In this document: piece by piece, positions 39,047 to 51,194 of the stretch | Numbering within the stretch: the first letter of the stretch is position 1 | Layout: each line of letters starts with the position of its first letter | Assembly (NCBI RefSeq): GCF_006345805.1 | Contig: NC_043009.1 | Location: 22,382,001 to 22,446,000, forward strand | DNA length: 64,000 nucleotides | Direction: 5' to 3' | From: Octopus sinensis | Taxonomy: Eukaryota | The notes under the pieces: generated by a model | What the model was told of the DNA's origin: nothing | The model's input: only the letters and a program-made list of their open reading frames with translations | The model's database searches: none | Made by a program: the position numbers and the translations under genes

Positions 39047-39287
39047 TATATATATACACACATATATATATACATATATATATATACATATATATATATA
39101 CATACATACATATACATATATATGCATATATATACACACATATATATACATATATATATATATACATATATATATACACACATATATATATATACATATA
39201 TATATATATACATACATATATATATATACATACATACATATATATATATACATACATATATATATACACACACATATATATATATAG
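38023..39287. repeat. 1.26-kb compound (TA)n/(TACA)n/(CA)n microsatellite; similar blocks at 14356-14480, 31275-32130, 40735-41290, 44115-44175, 51640-52190 and 57105-57480
   Basis: Direct reading; source of the YIYI and CVCV ORFs. Confidence 0.95.
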
Positions 39288-40145
39288 AAGCCTTGCTATG
39301 GCATCAGTTCGGTAAGAAGCCAAAAGTAAGGTGTGTTTGCTGTGCCAAAATGTTAAATATTTCTTTATTTCTCCTCCTCTTAGCACACTAACACACCTCT
39401 TTTCTGGCTTCTCTCTAAAAAAACATTACGACTCGGAACATTTCAACCCAGCCAACGATAAGAAACCTCTTTCAAGGTCGCTCAGTATGCTAGAATTAGC
39501 AGCTAAATATTACCCTAGAGTCGTTGTCATCATCATCATCATTATTCTTATAATGTTTGCAAGAGGATCAGATGCAATTTGTTGAGGCTGACTTTTCTAT
39601 GGCCAGATGCCCTTCTTGTCACTAACCCTCACCTGTTTCTGAGTAAGGTAGTAATTCCCCTTGGCTGGACATGGCTTTTTTTTGTCATCACATGTTTTGG
39701 ACCATCATCTGATGTCAGTCAAGACAGGGGGACAAACCCACCGACATAAAGGCATACACACACATACCCCCCCCCAACCCAGTGATGATGTGCCCTCATC
39801 ATTCTTTAATTTTCACTTTTACATACTTCTATGGACCACACAAAATTCCTTGAGGCAGATTCTGTGGTTAGGGCAGCAGACTTGCGGTTGTAGGATCACA
39901 GTTTTGATTCCCAGACTGGGTGTTGTGGGTGTTTCTTGAGCGAAAACACCTAAAGCTCCACAAGGCTCCAGCAGGGGGTGGTGGCGATCCCTGCTGTACT
40001 CTTTCGCCACAACTTTCTCTCACTCTTTCTTCTGTTGGCCTGCTCGCTTAGCCAGCGGGTGGCGTCATTTGAAGGCTAAAACAATGCGAAGTGCATTGTG
40101 ACCAGAGATGTGTAGCAACATCTGATAGCCTGGTTGGTCACGGTG

Positions 40146-40178
<33 letters not shown>

Positions 40179-41023
40179 AATACATGTGTATGTCAGTGTG
40201 TATGTTTATGTTTGCTTGTGTTGACATCATATGATAGTCGTAAATGAGTGTCACTGTTATACAAGCAGTATTGTTCATTTTCAATAGTCTGCATAAACAC
40301 GTCAGGCTTTGGGGGAAATACCACCATGCCCAGAAACAGGTGAAGGTTGGCAACAGGGAAGATGTCTGGCCACAGAAAATCTGCCTCAATAAACTCCACT
40401 GAACATATGCAAGTATGGAAAACTGAACATTAAAAATGATTACGATAACACACACACACACACATACACAATGGGCTTCTTTTAGTTTCCAGCACTGACA
40501 CCACAAGGTTGTGAATTGAATTCGTTAACCACATTGCCATGTCTGTCAAATCCAAAGAAATTGATGTCACCTCAAGAAGTAAAAAGCAGAAATTATTATG
40601 ACAGAGGATGACAGATTACATACTCGCGTCTCTCCCTCCCACCTCATGATGTGTAATCAGAAGTAAAGGCAACTTAGTACCAATGCATCAATAGTCATTT
40701 GTTTCTCTGTAGCACTGTTAAAAGTCAAGCTAGGCTATGCATTGTATATGTGTGTGTGGGCATATATATTTAAATATATATACAAATATATGTAAATATA
40801 TATATACACACACATATATATATACATACACATATATAAATATATACATACATATATACATGTTTGTATGTGTGCACACACACATATACATATATATGTA
40901 AATATATACACATACACATATATAAATATATATACATATATATAAATATATACATACATATGTATACATATGTTTGTATGTGTGCACACACACACATATA
41001 TATATATACACATATGTATATAT

Positions 41024-41080
<57 letters not shown>

Positions 41081-41307
41081 TAATATATACACCACATATA
41101 TATATATATATATATACACATATATGTAAATACATATCTGTATATATCCGTGTATACATATGTGTACCTGTACACACACACATATATGTAAATACATATC
41201 TGTATATATCTGTGTATACATGTGTACCTGTACACACACACACACAATGTGCATACACACATAATCTCATACATTAACTATATACATACAGATGCAGTAG
41301 CAAAGAA

Positions 41308-41344
<37 letters not shown>

Positions 41345-41953
41345 AGTGAGAAATAGAGGTGTGTGTGCATGTGGAGAAAACGTCTGTGTGTGCAGTAGAC
41401 TTTCTCAATTTTAATTGACTTAGCATGTGGTTCTTCAAGAGTGTACCAGTAACCACAGCAGACAGGATGGTGAAATTAAGCTACAAATGTGACTAAGCAT
41501 CGGTTACAGCACTGCATTCATCATTTGAGTATAATTGGCTCATATTCATATTTAACTCCCGTTGTTGTTGTCGTTGTTGCTATTTTATGTTATTATTATT
41601 ATTATTATTGCCTATTATTTTAATTATAGATTCTGTTCTATGAAGTTAGTTCAGGGAATTCTACATTTGGCAAGAAGACTGAAGACTTTTCAACCAACGC
41701 TTTAGAAGTTTAATCTTTACTTGACACAAAGATGGTGAGGTGGCAGTAAAAAAAAATGAAACAAAGAAAATTTCAGTAGAGTGCCAGAATCTTATGTCTT
41801 CCAAAAATATTTAGCTTTGCACTTTTGAGTTGGAGTTCAACAGCTTACCTTTGAACCTCCTTTGTGGGTCAAGTTTGGTTTGTCAAAATGATTATCCTTA
41901 GAATAAAAATGAAGGTGCAGCATAGACCAGACATGGCTGTGTGGTAAGACTTT

Positions 41954-42410
41954 AAGGCAGTGAGCTGGCAGAATCATTAGCACACTGGTATTTCGTCTGC
42001 CATTACGTTCTGAGTTCAAATTCTGCCGAGCTCGACTTTGACTTTCATCCTTTCGGGGTCGATAAATTAAGAAGGTAGTGAGCTGGCAGAAACGTTAGCA
42101 CACAGGGCGAAATGCTTTGCAGTATTTTGTCTGCCATTACGTTCTGAGTTCAAATTCCGCCAAGGTCAACTTTGCCTTTCATCCTTTCGGGGTCGATAAA
42201 TTAAGAAGGCGGCGAGCTGGCAGAAATATTAGCATACCGGGCAAAATGCTTAGTGGTATTCTGTCGAGGTCGACTTTGCCTTTCATCCTTTCTGGGTCGA
42301 TAAATTAAGTACCAGTTACGCACTGGGGTTGATGTAATCGACTTAATCCCTTTGTCTGTCCTTGTTTGTCCCCTCTAAGTTTAGCCCCTTGTGGGTAAAT
42401 AAAGAAATAA
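41954..42410 (+). mobile_element. SINE family B (Deu/Nin-domain-like) head-to-tail trimer nested in a family A head; monomers at 4190-4370(-), 5510-5680(+), 7090-7250(-), 7405-7780(+), 8440-8900(-), 9515-9910(-) and 10070-10260(-)
   Basis: Head ggcggcgagctggcagaa...gagttcaaattcc; central gactttgcctttcatcctttcggggtcgataaattaagtaccag resembles the Deu/Nin SINE domain (from memory). Units start at 41954, 42072 and 42206 and share one tail. Confidence 0.8.
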
Positions 42411-44116
42411 GAAGTTTGCTTCACTGCTACATGAATATGGGTTCAGTCCCACTGTGTGGCACTGACAAGTGTTTTCTAATATAGCACCAGGCTGACAAAA
42501 CCCTTGTGAGTGGTATTAGTAAACAGAAAACTGTTCTCAACCATTTTTTTTCTATGGAACCCTTGGATTCCTGTTTTACTCAACTGGGCCATCATAGCCA
42601 ATGTTTAAATAAAATTCTAACATATTTTTATAATTGAATATTAAGAATTGCGAACCTCCAAGGGTCATAAGGTTCCACTTTTCCATGCTTACATGGGTTG
42701 GATGGAGCTTGAGGCAAGTTATCTATGGTAAGATGCCCTACGTGTCACCAAACTTTGCCTGTTTTCAAGCAAACATGGTTGGACATGTTTTCACAAAAGA
42801 TTGGAAATGAAAAATGCTGCTTGTATGATGGTGACACTTATTTACAAATATCACACAAAGTCAAGGCAAAGAGACTGTGAGACACACAAACTCACTCACT
42901 CACACTCAAAACGACAGGTTTCTTTCAGTTTCTATCTTCCAAATCCACTCACGAGGCACTGGTCAGCTTGAGGCTATAATAGAAGACACTTGCCCAAGGT
43001 GCCACACAGTGGGACTGAATTTGGAACCATGTGGTTGAAAAGAAAGTTTCTTACCACACAGCCATGCCTGCACCTGTGAAAATTAATTTACTAAATTCTT
43101 CATTATTGTAAAAATTCATTGAAATGAAGGTAGCATACTTCAAGAGAAATACGGTAACAAAAGCGTTAATGAGATATTTTAACTTTAATGAGCAGTTGAT
43201 GTTAAATGTAGGAATGGTGAAGAATTAACCAACATCCTTGCAAGGAATGTAGCAGAAGAAAATACAAAGTGCAAAAACTAAATCTTAGTTAAATGACAGT
43301 AAAAATAATTTAAAGATATTTGAAATTTAAATATTAGATTGCACATACTCTTATATATTCTTTTACTGGTTGCAATCAATGGACAATGGCCAAGCAGGAG
43401 CACTACCATTATGCATGCATGCATGTATGTATGTATGTATGTACTCATGTACTCATCTATTTTTAATTATTTGAAGGAGCTGGCTTCTAAGATACAAAAC
43501 TCCACTGAAGGAATGTAAATAACAAAAACCATATTACATTTTGAACTTGAGAAAAGTCTTGCATATTTTTATTGTTCTGCTTAATAATTGTATCTGTAAT
43601 GTACATGGAAGCTGGTTGATTTCTTTTTCTGAAAACCATAGATTTATCAGATTGTTATTTGGTTGGACTCAAGTCTGTTAATGAGCCAATTAAAAGACTG
43701 ATTGGTCAAAAAATTATAGTTCCAGGTATATAATCTTATTAGTCTTATGTAGACCAAACATATACTAAAATCCACATACATCTTATAGAAGGTAATTCAT
43801 TAATCGAGAACATAAACTACTGTATCATAAATTAAATGAAAACAATACACAAATATATTTGTGTGTGCGTGTATGTGTGTATACACACACATATATATAA
43901 TTCTCTTTTGGAATAATGGATCTTGAAGCAGATAAGCTATAATAACAACACATAAATACTGGGCTGAAAATCAGTTTGGATAGCAAAAGTCAAAGGTTTT
44001 TTTAAAATCCAATATTTAAACATTATTTGTAGCTTATCTGCTTCAAAATCCAACGTTCCAAAATAGAATTATTTCATGTTCTCTTAAATTCTATAAATTA
44101 TATGACACCAATAACG

Positions 44117-44177
<61 letters not shown>

Positions 44178-44330
44178 GGCAGTGAGCTGGCAGAATTGTT
44201 AGCATGCCAAGGAAGATGCTTAGTGCTATTTCATCCGTTTACCCATGCAGCAACATGTAAAAGTGCCTGCAGATCTTTCAGAATCACATCCAGCCACCTG
44301 GTGCAGGGGCTTGTATGTATATATATATAT

Positions 44331-44733
44331 AGGCGCAGGAGTGGCTGTGTGGTAGGTAGCTTGCCTACCAACCACATGGTTCCGGGTTCAGTCCCTCTGT
44401 GTGGCATCTTGGGCAAGTGTCTTCTGCTATAGCCTCGGGCCGACCAAAGCCTTGAGTGGATTTGGTAGACGGAAACTGAAAGAAGCCTGTTGTATATATG
44501 TATATGTATGCGTGTGTGTGTTTGTGTGTCTGTGTTTGTCCCCCTAGCATTGCTTGACAACCGATGCTGGTGTGTTTATGTCCCCGCTACTTAGCGGTTC
44601 GGCAAAAGAGACCGATAGAATGAGTACTGGGCTTACAAAGAATAAGTCCCGGGGTTGATTTGCTCAACTAAAGGCGGTGCTCCAGCATGGCCGCAGTCAA
44701 ATGACTGAAACAAGTAAAAGAGTAAAAGAGTAA
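44331..44733 (+). mobile_element. tRNA-derived SINE family A (full length, internal microsatellite); other copies at 11925-12278(+), 17586-17975(-), 23403-23809(+), 25435-25760(-), 42920-43075(-), 50053-50495(+), 50932-51605(+), 60503-60887(-), plus many partials
   Basis: Pol III A/B-box-like head (gtggctgtgtggta...ggttcagtccc), conserved body ttgggcaagtgtcttct...gaaactgaaagaagcc and tail cagtcaaatgactgaaacaagtaaaagag; more than 15 copies in the window. Confidence 0.85.
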
Positions 44734-45300
44734 ATATATAGACACACACGTGTTGGTGTATGTGTGTGTCTTTGTTTGTCCCCCACCTCCATTTAACAAT
44801 GGTGTTGGTTTGTTTACGTCCCCGTGACTTAGCAGTTTGACAAATGAGAATGATAAAATAAGTACCGGCTTAAAACAAACAAAAAACAAATAAGTACTGG
44901 AGTCAATTTGTTTGACTAAAAATTGTTCAAGGTGCTGCTCCAGCATGGCTGCAGTCCAATGACTGAAACAAGTAAAAGATAAAATATATATTTATCTTCT
45001 GAATTCTATCTTTCTGTTTGTATTATCAAACCTCTCTCTCTCTCTCTCTCTCCACACACACACACACGAATACTTGGATATACATTATGCTCATTTATAT
45101 TCACTCACACGCACAGAAAACATCATTACACGATGGCATGTATGTTTCCAGTCAATGTCAAAACCAACAGTAAATTCTTGAAAATTGCAACGGTTATGCT
45201 CTCACATTACATATCTTGTATGTAATCATATATGATATGGGAGATAGACAGAGACATGAATGGCGAGAGAAAGAGTAAGAAAGAATTAGAAAGATAAAGG

Positions 45301-45331
<31 letters not shown>

Positions 45332-45610
45332 TACTAAGGAAAATATGAGAGAAAGAAAGGAAGAAAAAAGAGAATACATCTATTTATCATGTTTTCTTTT
45401 ATGCTCTCTTCATTTTCTTCTGTCTGATGGAGTAGTATGTATGTATATAATATATATATATAATATATACACATATATATGTAACGTATATATATATATA
45501 TATAGATATATATATATATATATATACATACTATATATGTAAATATATATATATACATACATATATACGTAAATATATATATATATATATATATATACAT
45601 ACATATATAT

Positions 45611-46226
45611 ATGACCAGTGACCGAGACCTTTGGAAATAAGCTGTGCGTGAGAAGACCAGGCAGGACAAGTGAGTCCAGCCCACTTATGCATGCCTTTCC
45701 TCCCTTGGACACACAAAGACCTGTTGAGGCAAGCAAAGTCGATATCGAACCTCAAAGACCTGTTGGGGCAAGTGAAATCGGAATCGAAATTGAACCAATC
45801 CCATGACTGGCACCTGGCAGATGCCAGGTCCCCTGGACTGGAGATACGTAAAAAGCACTATCTGAATCGTGGCTGATACCAGCGCCACCTCGACTGGCTT
45901 CCATGTCGGTGGCACATAAAAAGCACCATCCGAATCGTGGCCGAAGCCAGTGCCGCCTCGACTGGCTTCTGTGCCGGTGGCACATAAAATGTGCCAATCC
46001 GACCGTGGCCGATGCCAACCTCGCCTGGCACCAGTGCAGGTGGCACGTAAAAAGCACCCACTACACTCACGGAGTGGTTGGCGTGAGGAAGGGCATCCAG
46101 CTGTAGAAACATTGCCAGATAAGACCGGAGCCTGGTGCAGCCTTCTGGCTTCCGAGATCCCCGGTCGAACCGTCCAACCCATGCTAGCATGGAGAACGGA
46201 CATTAAACGATGATGATGATGATGAT
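45611..46226 (+). mobile_element. 5'-truncated RTE-clade LINE (ORF end + 3' UTR with about 65-bp internal repeats + (GAT)n tail)
   Basis: MTSDRDLWK*AVREKTRQDK* at the 5' end; tail ccaacccatgctagcatggagaacggacattaaacgatgatgat; flanked by (TA)n. Confidence 0.75.
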
Positions 46227-46388
46227 ATATATATACAATATATATATATATATATATATATACAATATATATATATATATATATACATCTATACATGTAC
46301 ATATATATACAATATAACAGTACATATATATATATATAGTATATATATATATAATATATACACACCTACATATATATGTAAATATATA

Positions 46389-46465
<77 letters not shown>

Positions 46466-47108
46466 TGTTGAATTAATTGCTCCACATGAAGACAATATAG
46501 ATACTGCTCAGGTTAAGAAAGACGAGCTACAAGACGCTACTGGAAGATTCTATAGACAGTTGGTTGGAGTGCAGTGCATTTGTTTTTGTATTTGGTTTTG
46601 TTGCATCTTATGAGGATCATTATGCCGATAATAAACACACACACTGGTTCAATTTCACTTCTTTTATTATTATTATTATTAGTAGCTAATTGGCTAATCA
46701 GTTAACCAATTGACTAATCGATTACTTGATTGTTTGTTCAGCCAATCAGCTAAATTTGTCAAAGTATCTTTCATTGCTATTCACAACCTCATCAATGATA
46801 TGCAAATAGACTTGGATTAGAGAAGACATGCATTGATGAGGTTATAAATGGCGATGAAAGAACTCTGAGAAATCTAGTTGATTGATTGACTGATTGACCA
46901 AACGATTAATCAAACAACTGATTAGTTAGTAAGTAAAATGGTTAACCAAATTACTAATAAATAATAAAAGAAGTGAATTACAACCAGTACATGTGTTTAT
47001 TATTGGCATAATGATCCTCCCAAAATACAACAAAATTGAAATTTTCACAAATGACTTTAAAAGACCATTACAAACCAACAGTGGAAATTTAGAATAAAAA
47101 TGCCTCAC

Positions 47109-47246
47109 CTAATGGTGCCATGGCAACAAGCCAGTCACTCAACTCTTCTCGTTCCTTGGCCCAAGTCAGTGCAGTAGTGATGTTACCTTTCCAAATTTCC
47201 ATATGTAGATGGTACTCCATATTGTCATGGTCAATGTGTGATTGGC
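47109..47246 (-). CDS. GEMIN5: GEMIN5 internal coding exon (138 nt, phase 1 to 1), TPR-like dimerization domain: (G)QSHIDHDNMEYHLHMEIWKGNITTALTWAKEREELSDWLVAMAPL(A)
   Basis: Minus-strand acceptor gttttttcag and donor G|gtgagg flank an open frame. The translation aligns without gaps to human GEMIN5 as I recall it ([47 protein letters not shown]): WKG and LVAMAP are shared, and EREELSDW matches ERGELTDN. Confidence 0.93.
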
Positions 47247-47552
47247 CTGAAAAAACAAACAAAAAAATATTGGTTATATATTTTAATTTTTTTTACTTGC
47301 TTGCTTCAGTTATATGACTACAACCATATTAGGGTGCACTGCTTTTATACGTTTGCCAGACCAAAGACCAACCCCAGTGCCAGATATACAGTTTAAATTG
47401 GATTTTGTACTTGTATATATATATCTACAGTACCCCAACAACACTTGATGCCTTTAATGTTTGTCTCACTGTCAACTTTATGTTACCATACCTAGCCATT
47501 TCTGGTGTCCTACATGTTGAGGCACTGAGATTCTATTCAATCCTATAACTTA

Positions 47553-47583
<31 letters not shown>

Positions 47584-47808
47584 ATTATATATAATATATA
47601 TATATATTATATATATGTATGTGTATATATATACAATTTCTCCCATTCCTCAGACAGTTTCCATCACGACTGTCCAATAAGTGGGAACGTGAAACTCTGA
47701 GTAACAGTTTTTGTGATAATTTTGCAGCTTTAATAAAAGCATATTACTCTATCTTTGCTATTCGAGTACTATTTTTCCCACCTTGTTTTGCACTTATGTG
47801 CTCACATT

Positions 47809-47914
47809 CCATAATGGCTACCTCTGATGAGTGCAGAGTTACATAATTGGATTGTTACTTAACACTCCATTGAATCCCTAGCACGAAACAGATTGGTAAG
47901 ATTGGCTGTAATGG
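47809..47914 (+). ncRNA. Type I hammerhead ribozyme motif, second family, predicted cleavage after GUA at 47898
   Basis: CTGATGA 47824-47830. Stem II is GTGC (47831-34) / GCAC (47881-84) with a 46-nt loop. GAAA 47885-88, then C-agattg-G-T-A. An extended imperfect stem I pairs ccataatggctacct with agattggctgtaatgg. Confidence 0.62.
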
Positions 47915-49581
47915 ATATATAATACTGTATACTTTGAATAATATACCCACTCTTATTGACAGATATACGAGTGCATTTTTTCCTTATTTATGGACTCTTA
48001 GATGACTTACACCATTTTACATGTGCTTTCCATACTTGTATGTGTGGGATGGTTTGACTGGATTCAACCAGTTGAAGGATCACATCTTCCCCCAATCTCT
48101 AATTTTTTGCATGGCTTTTAACACCAACTACTTTACAGAGTGTATATATTTCATGGCACCAACACTATTGATGCTGTCTTGCCATCAGCAGATCAAAAGA
48201 GCCATCTGAAGCCCCTATTCTATTTGTGACTACTTCATCTATTTGCCAAATATATACTTTGTTTTATTTTAGATAATAGTGTGACTTTGAGGGGAATTTG
48301 GCTGCTATTTCCATAAGGTTGAATAACCACATTGAGGCTGAGGTAAAATAGGGTATTTTTTCATAGGAGAGATTTGTTGGAGATTTGTGTAACGATGGAA
48401 GTAGGGGCTAGAAGGAAAGTTTGCGGGAACAGATATGCTTTTTTCTTTTTCCTTTCCTTACAAGAGGTAGTGTTGGGGAATCTTCTGGGAAATGGTTTAC
48501 ATTGCAGAGAAAGTTTTGTGGGGAAAATATCAGGAAAGATCAATTTTTTTTGTGTGTGTGTGATAAAGGTTTTTTGTTGGAGATGAAGCATGCAAAAGAG
48601 GAAAGGTTATACAAGAAAGAATTTACACGGGGAAAAGGATTATGAGTTTTATACAGAAAGTTTTAGAGATAGAAAATTTGTGGAAGGTCCTCTTTAATTT
48701 TTATAGCTATAGAGAGAAAAATTGAGGAGCCATTTTAAGAGTAAAAATGAAGTTACTATGTAAAAGAGAATAGTTTGATTTTTTTTAATGTGAAAAAAGA
48801 GTGTTCCTATAAAACATGGACTTTATAAAAGTAAAAGGTTTTAAGAGAGAAGGAAATAGATAAATTATTTTTTTTAAAGATAAGGTTATGGAAGATGGAT
48901 TTTTCATAAGGGTAGTTTGTATAGGAAAGAAAATAAATCACTGAGAGAGAGAGAGTGCGTGTGTGTGTATGAGGTGTAAAGTTCTGTGCAAGGGAAGCAT
49001 TATGAGAGATGAATGTACATTATTGGCTCATTAAAAAAATTTCAAGGACATCAAAGAGGAAACGTATTTAGTGTGTGAAGCTATGTTAAACCTTGCGATT
49101 TAGTTTACCATTTACAACACACACAAACACGTGCACTCATACATTCTAATGAAAAGTTGACAGCAAATGGTTGAGAAATTAAAGCAACCACAGAAAAATA
49201 ACTGACTAAAGAAAGTTCTTCAGGTTAACCTGGTTTCTTTTTCCTTTTCTTTTTCTTCATCTTCTTACTGATTAGATGTATTTAACAGCAGACCTCAATG
49301 GACAGAATCATCATATAATGCCAAAAAAATGATCTAACTTGTCATAATGATTAAGCAGGGTGAAAGAAAACACAGAGGAATTACACAAATTTGTAATCTG
49401 TAGGTGCAAGCATGGTTGTGTGGTTAAAAAGCTCGCTTCCCATGGGGTTTTGGGTTTAGCCCCTCTGTACAGCACCTCATACAAGTGTCTTCTGCTATAG
49501 ACTTTACAAAGACTTGTGAGTAGATTTGGTAGATAGAAATCAAAACAAGCCTGTCATGTATGTATGTATGTATGCATATAT

Positions 49582-49612
<31 letters not shown>

Positions 49613-50214
49613 AACACACACATACACATACATACATATATGTATGTGGAGGCACATGGCCTAGTGGTTAGAGCAGCAGACTCACGGCTGAGGGATCGCA
49701 GGTTCGAATCTCAGACCGGGCTATGTGTGTGTTTATGAGTGAAACACCTAAGCTCCACACACACACACACACACACACACAGAGTCTAGTATATACATAC
49801 ATACATATATTATATTAGAGTAAAAATCAAGGCAGAACAGGTATCTAAAATCATTTAGAATAATTTAATTAAGGCAAGGTGAATTCATCTTACCCTAATT
49901 AAATTATTCTAAGTGACTTGATATACTCATTCTGCCTTGGTTTTGATATGACACTTGCACATGCTGGCACTGAATCCAATACCATGTTGTCAGGAAGCAA
50001 AGTTCATACCACAGAGCCACATCTATCTATAAATATATATATATATATATATAGGCACAAGAGTAGCTGTGTGGTAAGAAATTTGCTTCCCAACCATATG
50101 GTTCTGGGTTCAGTCCCACTGTGTGGCACCTTGGGCAAGTGTCTTCTACTATAGCCTCGAACTAACCAAAGCCTTGTGAGTGGATTTGGAAGATGGAAAC
50201 AGAAAGAAGCCTGT

Positions 50215-50281
<67 letters not shown>

Positions 50282-50544
50282 GTGTGTGTCAGCATTTGTC
50301 CCCCAAACATCGCTTGACAACCAATGTTGGTCTGTTCATGTCCCCGTAACTTAGCAGTTTGGCAAAAAAGACCAATAGAATAAGTACTAGGCTTACAAAG
50401 AATAAGTTCTGGGGTCGAATCGTTTGACTAAAGGCTGTGCTCCAGCATAGCTGCAGTCAGATGACTGAAGCTGGTAAACGAATAAAAGAATAGAACAGAG
50501 AACAGAAGAAAAAGAAAACAAAAAAAAATACGAACGTGAGGATG

Positions 50545-50910
50545 TATCACAAACAATGCATGCAAAGGAGAACAGCTGCATCAAGAAGTGCCAATCAGTA
50601 CCTATGGAGGGAACCTGTGGAAGAGGTAGACCCAGGGAGACATGGGACAAGGTGGTGGAGCATGATCTTCAGATGGAGGTGATGGCAAATGATCGAGGCC
50701 TTTGGTGGTCTGCTGTACTCGAGAAGGCTCATCAGGCTAAATGAGATCGTAGCCAAGGACAGTGCCAATGACACATAAAAAGCATCCATGGCAGTGACAC
50801 GTAAAGAGCACCCATTACACTCTTGGAGTGGTTGGCATTCAACAGTTCCAGTCAAACTGGCTAACCCATGTCAGCATGGGGAAAGCAGACACTAAATGAT
50901 TATGATGATA
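50545..50910 (+). mobile_element. 5'-truncated RTE LINE with ORF2 C-terminus (50556-50744)
   Basis: EGTCGRGRPRETWDKVVEHDLQ...MANDRGLWWSAVLEK matches the G..GRGRP..W.D.V..DL...A.DR..W signature of RTE ORF2 ends; degraded (GAT)n tail. Confidence 0.8.
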
Positions 50911-51091
50911 CCTACACACACTATAATTGACAGGAGTGGCTGTGTGGTAAGTAGCTTGCTTACCAACCACATGGTTCTGGGTTCAGTCCCACTGCATGGC
51001 ACCTTGGGCAAGTGTCTTCTGCTATAGCCTCGGGCTGACCAAAGCCTTGTTAGTGGATTTGGTAGACAGAAACTGAAAGAGGCCCGTCGTA

Positions 51092-51127
<36 letters not shown>

Positions 51128-51143
51128 TTTATTTTATAGAAGG

Positions 51144-51194
51144 AGCTTCTACAGGACCAGAACTGTTTCATTCAAAAGAAATCATCAGGAAGCT
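51144..51194 (-). ncRNA. Type I hammerhead ribozyme motif (canonical core; sense to GEMIN5 pre-mRNA)
   Basis: The minus strand reads agcttc-CTGATGA-tTTCttttGAAt-GAAA-CAG-ttctggtc-CTG-TA-gaagct. Confidence 0.65.

Larger units (their letters stand above)
4680..47108 (-). other. GEMIN5: GEMIN5 intron, 42,429 bp, GT-AG, phase 1
   Basis: Defined by the two exons above. I found no further GEMIN5-like exon between them, and no flanking GEMIN5 exons within 1-4531 or 47247-64000. Confidence 0.8.

Noticed and set aside
37915-39391. Long YIYI/CVCV ORFs (also 14291-14627, 31186-32132, 40730-41277, 45334-45755 and 56959-57675)
   Set aside because: Translations of (TA)n, (TG)n and (TACA)n microsatellites.
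50690-50735. Minus-strand CTGATGA as a hammerhead core (also ctgatga at 20158 and 61863, ctgaaga at 3936 and 10914)
   Set aside because: No stem II followed by GAAA and no stem I. These lie in RTE or helicase coding remnants or other repeats.
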